Assembly: GCA_965644295.1 (NCBI GenBank)
Contig: CBFFRP010000469.1
Span: forward strand, 1 to 17,246
Reading direction: 5' to 3'
DNA: 17,246 nt
DNA from: Paraphysomonas bandaiensis
Taxonomy: Eukaryota > Protista > Chrysophyceae
Below the pieces are notes generated by a model that saw only the letters and a list, made by a program, of their open reading frames with translations, searched no databases and was not told the origin of the DNA. A program made the position numbers and the translations under genes. Shown here one piece after another: positions 1 through 13,600 of the stretch (positions are counted from its first letter, which is position 1; each line of letters begins with the position of its first letter).

Positions 1-1151
1 GTCGTCAGGAGACGGCCCTGTTGTGCAGTGGAGAGGTGTCGAGAGGAGACAGGGGTTGCAGAGAAGGTACATGGGGGCCGTTTGCGTGGACCTGCTCGCA
101 CGAGCCATGCTGTAAGTGGTTGTATCCGTAGAGAACCGTGTAGGAGACGAAGGTGTCTCCTTAGGTGATAGCATATGCATGCGGTCAGCGCTGCATTGGT
201 GCAGGCACGTTGTTTAACTGAAGTAGTTGAGTAGGGTGAAGGTTGCAAGGCCAGGCAGGGGGGCTTGGAGCGTGTACAACATGGTGTGACAGGTAATTTG
301 TCGGAAGCGTGGTGGTCAACAAAATGCAGCAGTAAGGGAGTGTAAAAGGCCCTGGGCACACTGATGTGACTCAGCCACGGTCTCAATAGAGACATTGGGC
401 TTGGAGCTGGTTAATAGGGTGAAACTTTATGTTGGACTGTATTTGCCATCGTAGGGCAGAGAATTAAAAAAAAGTTCTATGAATATAGAACTGCTTGTAT
501 GAGTAGTAGTGTAAGTAAAGGGGTAACGTGATGAGTTTGTTAGGTAAGCTGAGTATCAGTGCCGGATACGTGGCAGGAATGTTTGATTACCGAAATATAT
601 AGCAGTGATGTCGCTTTACGCTGTACTCTGCGGAGAGAGGAAATCCTAGGTCCATAGAAGAGCCTAGACTTCAGGTACAAGAGGAACAACTAGAGCAACG
701 GCAGGCAAAGAGCTCTGGGACATTTAGAATAAGTTTCCGACCCTGTTGGTCTTGGAGAACCGCGGAACAGAGGGATGTACGCGCGGCCTTACTCTGGAAA
801 GCAAGGGCTCAGGGACAAAACTAAAAGAAGATGGAAAGAAAGAAAAACGAGAGGAAATGAGAAGATTAAAATACTTGTTACTTTTGACAGATAAATATTA
901 TGTATGAAATAGAATTGCCCCATAGCAAATTAATACATGAGGAATAATATCAACAGTTACACTGCTGCCGAAGGGGACTCATAATTCATACCAAGTTCTA
1001 GACTCTATTGCAGTGTTACTATACTGCACACTGCACGACCGCGTGTGCTATGCAACGTACTGAACCTTCTGCTCTCTACTAGTGGTATGTCTAATTTCGA
1101 CGTCAGTAATAAGCTCCCTTATAAATGGATGTCTACACGACGTAGAGGCGC

Positions 1152-2300
1152 CTAGCCCACAGGTGTGTAGAGGTGCCATCGTTGCGTCACATCGGCAACT
1201 ACAAACGGCATAGGTCGAAGACTATCACCGAGCTCTGTATCTGATTGAACGACATTACGCCACGAGCTGATTGTGTTAATTTTCTCGCCATGGTCAAGGG
1301 AGAAAGCTAAATTCACACTGAATGCTATGTTAGTGCCGCCATCTGTTTCCTGCTTTTTGCGCCCCCCTTTCTTTTTCCGCGACCCACTCCCCCCCACAGC
1401 TCTCCCACCACTCCCAACTGAATTTTCAGTCACGATCCATCCTTTAACGCACCTATCGGCCCCACAGGATAAAAAAGATGAGTGCCATGGCGAGAGAGCT
1501 GTTACCATCCCACCATGCATCTCCACAGGCGTACAAACTGGTTGTAGTCCACCTGCTGTGGATCGCAATAGCCAACCTGTACCATCTCCGAGCGCACATA
1601 CAGCAACACGACCACCAGGAAGGTGCATGATGTCATGCACAAAAGGAGGATTCGATATTTGATTTCCCTGCTGTTGGTGGGTAAAATCAACAACTTCAGA
1701 TGCAGGGCGGCCGCGGAGCACGTCCCATGAGCAACATAAACTGTCAAAGCCCCCACTAACCAGAACTTTAGGGTTGAATGGACTGAACTCTGCAGCACCG
1801 ATTACACTAGAATGAACTCGAGATAGTCGTCGAATGACGTCACCAGTGTCAATATTAACGAGTGATATGACACCGTTGTCATCTCCAACAGCTACAACAC
1901 TATCTTTGGGGTGAAAGCTGATGGAACTAAGATCACATTCAGAAGAAGATGTATATATCACTTGACTATCGCGGATAATAATAGACTCACTGCGTAGATC
2001 AAACTTAAACACAGATTTATCAGTCATCCCAATGAGCTCGTGTTCCTTTGATGGGCTGAATTTAATACGCTCAGCAGGACATTCATCGAACCCCACTATA
2101 CACTGAACAGATCGCTTCGTTCTTATATCCCATATTCTAATCGATTTATCTTCTGAACTTGTAGCAACTATATTACAGTCAGTGTTTCTTGTTTCTATGT
2201 CTAGTACAGTGTCCTGATGACCGTCATACACTGTTCCTATATAATCATTAGAGGTAGGAGGATTATCATCACAAGGAGGTGTTGAAGAAGGAAGTGACAT
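1152..2300 (-). CDS. WDR53: WD40-repeat protein, WDR53-like (382 aa, intronless)
   Basis: Clear WD repeats (GHQDTVLDI..VATSSEDKSIRIWD; VHSSVIGAAEFSP..LVSGGFDSLCCSWD). NPPFVH, a Lys-rich loop (SRKKKGGRKK) and C-terminal LDHGEKIN resemble WDR53 as I recall it. The WD40 call is firm; the WDR53 orthology is moderate. Confidence 0.85.
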   Translation of the reverse strand: MSLPSSTPPCDDNPPTSNDYIGTVYDGHQDTVLDIETRNTDCNIVATSSEDKSIRIWDIRTKRSVQCIVGFDECPAERIKFSPSKEHELIGMTDKSVFKFDLRSESIIIRDSQVIYTSSSECDLSSISFHPKDSVVAVGDDNGVISLVNIDTGDVIRRLSRVHSSVIGAAEFSPFNPKVLVSGGFDSLCCSWDVLRGRPASEVVDFTHQQQGNQISNPPFVHDIMHLPGGRVAVCALGDGTGWLLRSTAGGLQPVCTPVEMHGGMVTALSPWHSSFLSCGADRCVKGWIVTENSVGSGGRAVGGSGSRKKKGGRKKQETDGGTNIAFSVNLAFSLDHGEKINTISSWRNVVQSDTELGDSLRPMPFVVADVTQRWHLYTPVG

Positions 2301-2388
2301 GATGAGGAATGATTAATCAAACGAATAATGTTTTTGTCACTACCATGTTATAGTAAACGATGAATGGTTAAGAGAGGAAGATCTAAGA

Positions 2389-3460
2389 ATATGTATGTAC
2401 TCCTGTATGTATGTATGTATGTATGTATGTATGTATGTATGTATGTATGTATGTATGTATGTATGTATGTATGTATGTATGTATGTATGTATGTATGTAT
2501 GTATGTATGTATGTATGCATGTACAGTACGTATGTACTCCTGTATGTATGTATGTATGTATGTATGTATGTATGTATGTATGTATGTATGTATGTATGTA
2601 TGTATGTATGTATGTATGTATGTATGTATGTATGTATGTATGTATGTATGCATGTACAGTACGTATGTACTCCTGTATGTATGTATGTATGTATGTATGT
2701 ATGTATGTATGTATGTATGTGTGTATGTATGTATGTATGTATGTATGTATGTATGTATGCATGTACAGTACGTATGTACTACTGTACTCCTGTATGTATG
2801 TATGTATGTATGTATGTATGTATGTATGTATGTATGTATGTAGGTATGTATGTATGTATGTATGTATGCATGTACAGTACGTATGTACTCCTGTATGTAT
2901 GTATGTATGTATGTATGTATGTATGTATGTATGTATGTATGTATGTATGTATGTATGTATGTATGTATGTATGTATGTATGTATGCATGTACAGTACGTA
3001 TGTACTCCTGTATGTATGTATGTATGTATGTATGTATGTATGTATGTATGTATGTGTGTATGTATGTATGTATGTATGTGTGTATGTGTGTATGTATGTA
3101 TGTATGTATGTATGTATGTATGTATGTATGTATGTATGTATGTATGTATGTATGTATGCATGTACAGTACGTATGTACTACTGTATGTATGTATGTATGC
3201 ATGTATGTATGTATGTATGTATGTATGTATGTATGTATGTATGTATGTATGTATGTATGTATGCATGTAGGTAGGTAGGTAGGTAGGTACAGTATGTATG
3301 TATGTATGTATGTATGTATGTATGTATGTATGTATGTATGTATGTATGTATGTATGTATGTATGCATGTAGGTAGGTAGGTAGGTAGGTACAGTATGTAT
3401 GTATGTATGTAGGTAGGTAGGTAGGTAGGTAGGTACAGTATGTATGTACGGTGGTAGGTG
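2389..3460. repeat. Compound microsatellite: (TATG)n with interspersed GCATGTACAGTACGTATGTACTCCTG motif, grading into (TAGG)n blocks
   Basis: Directly visible. The motif occurs at about 2517, 2650, 2759, 2868, 2985 and 3158 (partial copy near 2391); TAGG runs at about 3268-3288, 3369-3389 and 3410-3434. It explains all HTYI/MYVC ORFs. Confidence 0.97.
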
Positions 3461-3567
3461 GTTAAGTACGACTACAAGTACACGACGAGATATGTACATC
3501 TAAGATATGGTTGGATGGAATAAGTATATGACTATAGCAAGTGTGTCTATCACTATCGTAATAAGAG

Positions 3568-5482
3568 ATGATGGATAATAAAAAACGTATTCTATTCGAC
3601 TCTGCTACTGTTCATTTCTCTCCATCTGTATTTCTATATCAATTCTTCCTTCATTTATCATTCCCTCTCATCATCCCACTTCACTGGTATCGATACGGAT
3701 GGATATCACTCTATGCACAGGCTATAGTCACCTCTACATATCAGGTACATATCTAACCCCCCCCCTTATCAAACTTATATAACATTAATCATCATAAGGG
3801 CATGATATTTTCATGGTTCATATCACTGGCGGCACTGACTATGGTCATTGCAGCTATTAATGCACCTGAGAATATTGGCAATCAGATATTATTTCCGATA
3901 TGTTTAGTTGTTATGCATCGTCTAATGGTATCACTCAAATATGCTACATTAAGTGCAACTGAGTACAGGTAAAGTTGTATTGAAACTGTTATTTACATAC
4001 TTTCATTGGTTGGGTGTTGCACAGACGCATACTTACTGGAACTCTATCAGCGAAGGTTGGGGAAAATTGGTCCAGATACCCTACGCGAGAAGAAGTAAGC
4101 ATTGTTGAAGGCTATCAGCGACAGCTACAACTATTAACAGGGTGGTCAGTACTATCCGAGGAGCGATTAGTTTTCGAAGTCTTTGTGGCTTCCACCATTT
4201 GTGGGAATCAACACATAGACCACTTTCACGTGCCTGACCCTTTATCTTCTGATTTCAATGCATTACAGTATGAACGATGGAAAACTCTTTTGGATAAGTA
4301 TGGGTCACTTTCTGCTCTCGAAAAGGATGAAAAACGCGGGGGATTCAAAGTGGGCATTATTGCTACCTGTCTAACACTTATGAAATCTGTTAATCATCCT
4401 CACTTCTCTTTCATTCCTCCATTGTTGTCAGTCTTGGGGTTATTTAATGGTGCTATTCCGTATATTTTTGTGTTTGATGATCTATATTCTATGTCAATCT
4501 GGGGCCATGTATACTATATGAGTGCTTGTGTCATTAACGTAGCCTTGTATATTACCGTTTCCCTATTCATGTACACAGCTCTCGTGGATATAGATCGTCG
4601 ACGGGAAGTTTCGGACTTTCTTGGTGAAATGGTGCGGCTGGTAGATCTAGACATGCGGGTAAAATTACGGATGGATGCACATGACGAGATACAGAGTGGG
4701 GTGCGGGAGAGACAAGTAGTACGTAATGTGCTCCGTGAGCAGGACACAATTCGATTGACGGTGGTAGATGAAGAGATTGGCCTGGAACTGAGCAATTCAA
4801 AAAAGTACAATCAAGATCAGAATATATTAGGAAATTTGAATAATGGAAGTGTTGTAGTGCCGCAGTTGGCAGAGACCCACGCAGATAACTTCTTGGCGTG
4901 GATGTACTGCCGTACACTGCTGCATGCCTTTGGACACCGATTACGTTTTCGATTAGACATTTATACTGGAGGCGTGATACTAGCAGTTTTTTCGTTACTT
5001 CTTGGCCTACTTTATTTCGTTATCAGTGCGGAGGAGCGCAAGCAAGTGATATACTCATCTGAATTTATTCAATTAGTTATGTGGATCGTGGTGTTTTCGA
5101 CGCTACAGGCCGCCATAATTATGTTGGGACATCTGACAAACTCAAGTATGCATACACACGGGTGAGTCACACATTTTTCATATGTCTACTTCACAGTGTA
5201 CGTAGGCGTCTTTTATCGCAGCGTGTCCTTGCATTACAATACGAAGTAAATGCCTGTGAAAGAGAAGGATGTCAAACTGAAAAGGAGCTGGCATTGCGAA
5301 ATGCGCTATCATCTACAAGCAATATTCTTGACGCTATTAGGGTAATGGATGAAACGCAGCCCATTCAGGTCCTAGGAATCAGGAGTGAAGGAAGAACAGC
5401 GGTCATGATAATGTACTCACTTGGACTGTTCGTATTTGCTGTCTTTCAGTACACCTACTTTGGGACGCTATCTGATGTATAG
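3568..5482 (+). CDS. Multi-pass membrane protein, PHTF-like / putative 7TM ion channel superfamily; exons 3568-3744, 3799-3968, 4025-5161, 5197-5482 (~589 aa)
   Basis: GT-AG introns 3745-3798 (54 nt), 3969-4024 (56 nt) and 5162-5196 (35 nt; alternative in-frame acceptor at 5205) join the ORFs into one frame totalling 1770 nt. Exon 2 (GMIFSWFISLAAL...HRLMVSLKYATLS) is absent from the ORF track. Many hydrophobic segments. Motifs NFLAWMYCRTLLHAFG..RLD and DETQPIQVLGI recall the PHTF C-terminal region. Confidence 0.8.
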
Positions 5483-6242
5483 TTTTGCTTATACTATACT
5501 ATATACTATATATGTAAAGTAGCTCTGCTCACAAGTGATTTAAATAGGTACAAATGTATTCTAAATTTCTTTGCTATTTTACGCACTATAACTTTATTGC
5601 ACTCATTGCCCGTATAGCGTATGTAACGTTTCCTTGCTCTACCCTTTTGGTATATCAGGAAATTACATTTTGACTCTTGAAGTAAGTTTACTGTACTCTG
5701 TAAACACAAACTCAATCAATAAGTCACTATCTTAGGCATCCATTATATTTCAGTTTACTTAATATATTTCACAACATTTAATTATAGTTACACTTAACCA
5801 TTGGCTGAGGAGGCGTTATCATCCAACGCTCAATAATTTTTCGGGGAGCAAAAAGCATGACTTTGAAGGGGCGATATCCCTATTATATCAAACTCATTGT
5901 TTTGATACGTTCATGCTAGAATTGGCAATTATACTGAAGTCATCGTCATCCATATCCATTGTGAATGTCCTATGATCCTATGATTTGCAATAGGCGTTAA
6001 AGAGTCAGTGCTTAACTTTGATATCCTACTATTTAGCTGCTTGTGCGTCTAAGTTGCACATGATTCACTGCCAATAAAGAATTATAATTATTAGTCATTA
6101 AATCTACTTAATTTTTCATTTATCCTTCTAAATTTTTCTGATCTTCCTCTCCTAAAAACTAAAAATGGCAATTGAGCCGTATTTTATGTTTAGTAGGATC
6201 GAATAAAATTATTAACTTAGTAGAAATGCCTGAACAAATTAG

Positions 6243-6876
6243 CAGGGCCTGGTAACCATTAATGGCCCATTAATGGTAGTCCATAATCCAGTTCCCGGCA
6301 ATTATTATGGCATTAATGACAAATGTCCCGGCAATTATAATGGCCATTAATGCCATTACCATTAACGCTCCCTCAACAAAGTCGGACTCGCGCCTTTTCG
6401 TGGTGTTCTGGTGGATAAGTATTGGAGAGATTCTCTCTGGTAAACTAACGTGAGCCGCAAAATAGTCAGCAGATATTGTTCTGCCCACTCATAGCCGAAT
6501 GCTTGTGTGGTACAAGGGACACCAATAAGTGTCACTTGTGTTGACGTCTTTGGGCCCTGACGAGTAAACAGGCATCCGGGACAGGGCCCACCTGAAAGGT
6601 AACCGGGGTATATGGCTGCCTGCTGAAGTCAAGCATTCGGGATGTTCACCTTAAGAACTCAGAGTGGAAGTGGTCGCACCTTCGTGCTTGCGGCGACGCA
6701 CAAGCAGCTTCCGTAGCGTTAAATAGTAGGATAAAAAAGTGTGTACTGATTAGTTACAGGTAACGGTCTAACTAGTTTGTCTTGCATTTATCTAGCTACT
6801 AAGATGGTGCAGGTTTTTAACGCCTATTGCTAATAATGAGACTTTCAATAATACCATTAACGGTTACCAGGCCCTG
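6243..6876. mobile_element. Non-autonomous DNA transposon / MITE (634 bp) with 23-bp TIRs, hAT-like CAGGG terminus
   Basis: Left CAGGGCCTGGTAACCATTAATGG (6243-6265) and right CCATTAACGGTTACCAGGCCCTG (6854-6876) are inverted with 22/23 identity. Subterminal CATTAATG palindromes and a duplicated CCCGGCAATTAT block lie in 6257-6367. No transposase ORF and no clear TSD (caaattag vs cgatatat). Confidence 0.8.
6495..6712. other. Densely base-paired non-coding segment inside the TIR element (candidate structured RNA)
   Basis: 11-bp perfect stem 6495-6505/6630-6640; hairpin 6512-6539; 9-bp stem 6551-6559/6582-6590; ACCT-GAA-AGGT at 6590-6600; GGAAG/CTTCC at 6666-6670/6708-6712 enclosing TGCG-GCGA-CGCA (6689-6700). 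Confidence 0.4.
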
Positions 6877-7311
6877 CGATATATACCTTAAGCTATTCAC
6901 GGAGAGCTATTGTTATGAATAGTATTGCTGTTAACCCCATCGGTTATATTTTTATCAAAGCAATATAACTTTGTGGATATAATTAATAATTGTCAATATA
7001 TTAGAATCAACTGAACTGAACTTTAGAAATGTCTTCAGTTATATTGACCCTAGCTACCTTATCTTTACATTATATAGAAATCCTGTAGAGACAGGTATTT
7101 AGTATGTCAATTAAATATTAAGTAGTAGTTATATGAGTCATGTAAATTATATCACAGGCGATACATAAAATAGCTCTCAATCCAACGCAGTGTATCTACC
7201 ACATCGCGACGTTGATCAGTTCCATCTCTAACCACAGCGTCAACAAATAGCTACATACGTCCAACACTTCTACATACTAGTCGCTCAATGGCTAGCAACA
7301 AGTAGCTGTTC

Positions 7312-9992
<2,681 letters not shown>

Positions 9993-10140
9993 GGTAACAC
10001 TCAGATGATGAAATGAATACTAATGTAATAGTGGTAATCACTTTACTTATAAAGGAATTGGTAATTACCAAATAATGCCTATGGATGATTGTCTTAATGC
10101 TGATTGTTAATGAATTCAAATATTGAGAGTAGAGATCTGC

Positions 10141-10177
10141 GTATGTATCTATCTGTATGTATATATATGTATGTATA
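10141..10177. repeat. Short degenerate (TATG/TA)n microsatellite upstream of MCM3
   Basis: gtatgtatctatctgtatgtatatatatgtatgtata. Confidence 0.6.
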
Positions 10178-10520
10178 GGTGCCTACAGTCAGTCTACTCC
10201 ATATACAGGTATCCCCAATCACTAAACTACTGCTGTGGTTACTTAATACAACGGTGCCTTTATTTGAATTTCAATTTTAAAAAAAAAACAAAAAAGTGGA
10301 GTTTTTATTGGCATATGCTCCTATACTTTACATGTAGGTAAAAATAGGCACCAACGATGTACTGGAACAACAATGTACTGTACTTCGGTACTGCTGTGTG
10401 GACATACACTGGTACAGTAGTAGATGAGAGGTGGAGGTCAGATGGGCACACATGGATGATAAGATGTACGCATAAGATGCAGTACGATACATAAATACAA
10501 TCCCATCAATCTCTTCACTA

Positions 10521-10604
10521 TCATCCATATCTTAATGTTACATGTTTGAGTGCGGTGCTTGGCAGTGCTGCTCCAATGAAAACCATGTACTTGCCCTCTA
10601 TGAG
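10521..10604 (-). CDS. Putative terminal exon LIEGKYMVFIGAALPSTALKHVTLRYG* of a gene whose 5' part would lie beyond the array
   Basis: Preceded by acceptor ...aaatcatAG (AG at 10606-10605); open frame running from the repeat unit into unique sequence to TGA at 10523-10521; GC-richer than the flanking intron-like part. The upstream gene is not visible. Confidence 0.4.
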   Translation of the reverse strand, partial: LIEGKYMVFIGAALPSTALKHVTLRYG

Positions 10605-13600
10605 CTATGATTTATACGATGAATACTTCTGTGTCCGCTCATGTGTGATATGTATGGTATGATATTTATTCTCGTATCATGGCTATGGTTATTAGGTTAC
10701 ATGTTTGAGTGCGGTGCTTGGCAGTGCTGCTCCAATGAAAACCATGTACTTGCCCTCTATGAGCTATGATTTATACGATGAATACTTCTGTGTCCGCTCA
10801 TGTGTGATATGTATGGTATGATATTTATTCTCGTATCATGGCTATGATTATTAGGTTACATGTTTGAGTGCGGTGCTTGGCAGTGCTGCTCCAATGAAAA
10901 CCATGTACTTGCCCTCTATGAGCTATGATTTATACGATGAATACTTCTGTGTCCGCTCATGTGTGATATGTATGGTATGATATTTATTCTCGTATCATGG
11001 CTATGATTATTAGGTTACATGTTTGAGTGCGGTGCTTGGCAGTGCTGCTCCATGAAAACCATGTACTTGCCCTCTATGAGCTATGATTTATACGATGAAT
11101 ACTTCTGTGTCCGCTCATGTGTGATATGTATGGTATGATATTTATTCTCGTATCATGGCTATGATTATTAGGTTACATGTTTGAGTGCGGTGCTTGGCAG
11201 TGCTGCTCCAATGAAAACCATGTACTTGCCCTCTATGAGCTATGATTTATACGATGAATACTTCTGTGTCCGCTCATGTGTGATATGTATGGTATGATAT
11301 TTATTCTCGTATCATGGCTATGATTATTAGGTTACATGTTTGAGTGCGGTGCTTGGCAGTGCTGCTCCAATGAAAACCATGTACTTGCCCTCTATGAGCT
11401 ATGATTTATACGATGAATACTTCTGTGTCCGCTCATGTGTGATATGTATGGTATGATATTTATTCTCGTATCATGGCTATGATTATTAGGTTACATGTTT
11501 GAGTGCGGTGCTTGGCAGTGCTGCTCCAATGAAAACCATGTACTTGCCCTCTATGAGCTATGATTTATACGATGAATACTTCTGTGTCCGCTCATGTGTG
11601 ATATGTATGGTATGATATTTATTCTCGTATCATGGCTATGATTATTAGGTTACATGTTTGAGTGCGGTGCTTGGCAGTGCTGCTCCAATGAAAACCATGT
11701 ACTTGCCCTCTATGAGCTATGATTTATACGATGAATACTTCTGTGTCCGCTCATGTGTGATATGTATGGTATGATATTTATTCTCGTATCATGGCTATGA
11801 TTATTAGGTTACATGTTTGAGTGCGGTGCTTGGCAGTGCTGCTCCAATGAAAACCATGTACTTGCCCTCTATGAGCTATGATTTATACGATGAATACTTC
11901 TGTGTCCGCTCATGTGTGATATGTATGGTATGATATTTATTCTCGTATCATGGCTATGATTATTAGGTTACATGTTTGAGTGCGGTGCTTGGCAGTGCTG
12001 CTCCAATGAAAACCATGTACTTGCCCTCTATGAGCTATGATTTATACGATGAATACTTCTGTGTCCGCTCATGTGTGATATGTATGGTATGATATTTATT
12101 CTCGTATCATGGCTATGATTATTAGGTTACATGTTTGAGTGCGGTGCTTGGCAGTGCTGCTCCAATGAAAACCATGTACTTGCCCTCTATGAGCTATGAT
12201 TTATACGATGAATACTTCTGTGTCCGCTCATGTGTGATATGTATGGTATGATATTTATTCTCGTATCATGGCTATGATTATTAGGTTACATGTTTGAGTG
12301 CGGTGCTTGGCAGTGCTGCTCCAATGAAAACCATGTACTTGCCCTCTATGAGCTATGATTTATACGATGAATACTTCTGTGTCCGCTCATGTGTGATATG
12401 TATGGTATGATATTTATTCTCGTATCATGGCTATGATTATTAGGTTACATGTTTGAGTGCGGTGCTTGGCAGTGCTGCTCCAATGAAAACCATGTACTTG
12501 CCCTCTATGAGCTATGATTTATACGATGAATACTTCTGTGTCCGCTCATGTGTGATATGTATGGTATGATATTTATTCTCGTATCATGGCTATGATTATT
12601 AGGTTACATGTTTGAGTGCGGTGCTTGGCAGTGCTGCTCCAATGAAAACCATGTACTTGCCCTCTATGAGCTATGATTTATACGATGAATACTTCTGTGT
12701 CCGCTCATGTGTGATATGTATGGTATGATATTTATTCTCGTATCATGGCTATGATTATTAGGTTACATGTTTGAGTGCGGTGCTTGGCAGTGCTGCTCCA
12801 ATGAAAACCATGTACTTGCCCTCTATGAGCTATGATTTATACGATGAATACTTCTGTGTCCGCTCATGTGTGATATGTATGGTATGATATTTATTCTCGT
12901 ATCATGGCTATGATTATTAGGTTACATGTTTGAGTGCGGTGCTTGGCAGTGCTGCTCCAATGAAAACCATGTACTTGCCCTCTATGAGCTATGATTTATA
13001 CGATGAATACTTCTGTGTCCGCTCATGTGTGATATGTATGGTATGATATTTATTCTCGTATCATGGCTATGATTATTAGGTTACATGTTTGAGTGCGGTG
13101 CTTGGCAGTGCTGCTCATATGAAAACCATGTACTTGCCCTCTATGAGCTATGATTTATACGATGAATACTTCTGTGTCCGCTCATGTGTGATATGTATGG
13201 TATGATATTTATTCTCGTATCATGGCTATGATTATTAGGTTACATGTTTGAGTGCGGTGCTTGGCAGTGCTGCTCCAATGAAAACCATGTACTTGCCCTC
13301 TATGAGCTATGATTTATACGATGAATACTTCTGTGTCCGCTCATGTGTGATATGTATGGTATGATATTTATTCTCGTATCATGGCTATGATTATTAGGTT
13401 ACATGTTTGAGTGCGGTGCTTGGCAGTGCTGCTCCAATGAAAACCATGTACTTGCCCTCTATGAGCTATGATTTATACGATGAATACTTCTGTGTCCGCT
13501 CATGTGTGATATGTATGGTATGATATTTATTCTCGTATCATGGCTATGATTATTAGGTTACATGTTTGAGTGCGGTGCTTGGCAGTGCTGCTCCAATGAA

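Noticed and set aside
2517-3183. CRISPR-like repeat/spacer appearance
   Set aside because: The 'spacers' are only (TATG)n; eukaryotic context with no cas genes.
2340-3499. Long HTYI/MYVC-repeat ORFs on both strands
   Set aside because: Artefacts of a stop-free tetranucleotide microsatellite.
5506-5715. 69-aa basic ORF (and similar short ORFs 10123-10341 and 10328-10528)
   Set aside because: Short, AT-rich or low-complexity, with no recognisable domain or convincing splice context.
6391-6400. CGCCTTTT resembling U5 snRNA loop I
   Set aside because: Lacks the following AC and a Sm site.
6270-6488. 72-aa minus-strand ORF with MALMAIIIAG repeats
   Set aside because: Arises from the MITE subterminal repeats; not transposase-like.
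6557-6600. Hammerhead ribozyme (CTGACGA ... GAAA)
   Set aside because: No stem II between the cores, and the partner of the would-be stem I lies before GAAA, so the topology is wrong. An HDV-like fold also lacks P3/L3.
10559-10579. TGGCAGT..CCAATGA similarity to U4 snRNA in the repeat unit
   Set aside because: Short match only; no U6-pairing 5' end, complete k-turn or Sm site.
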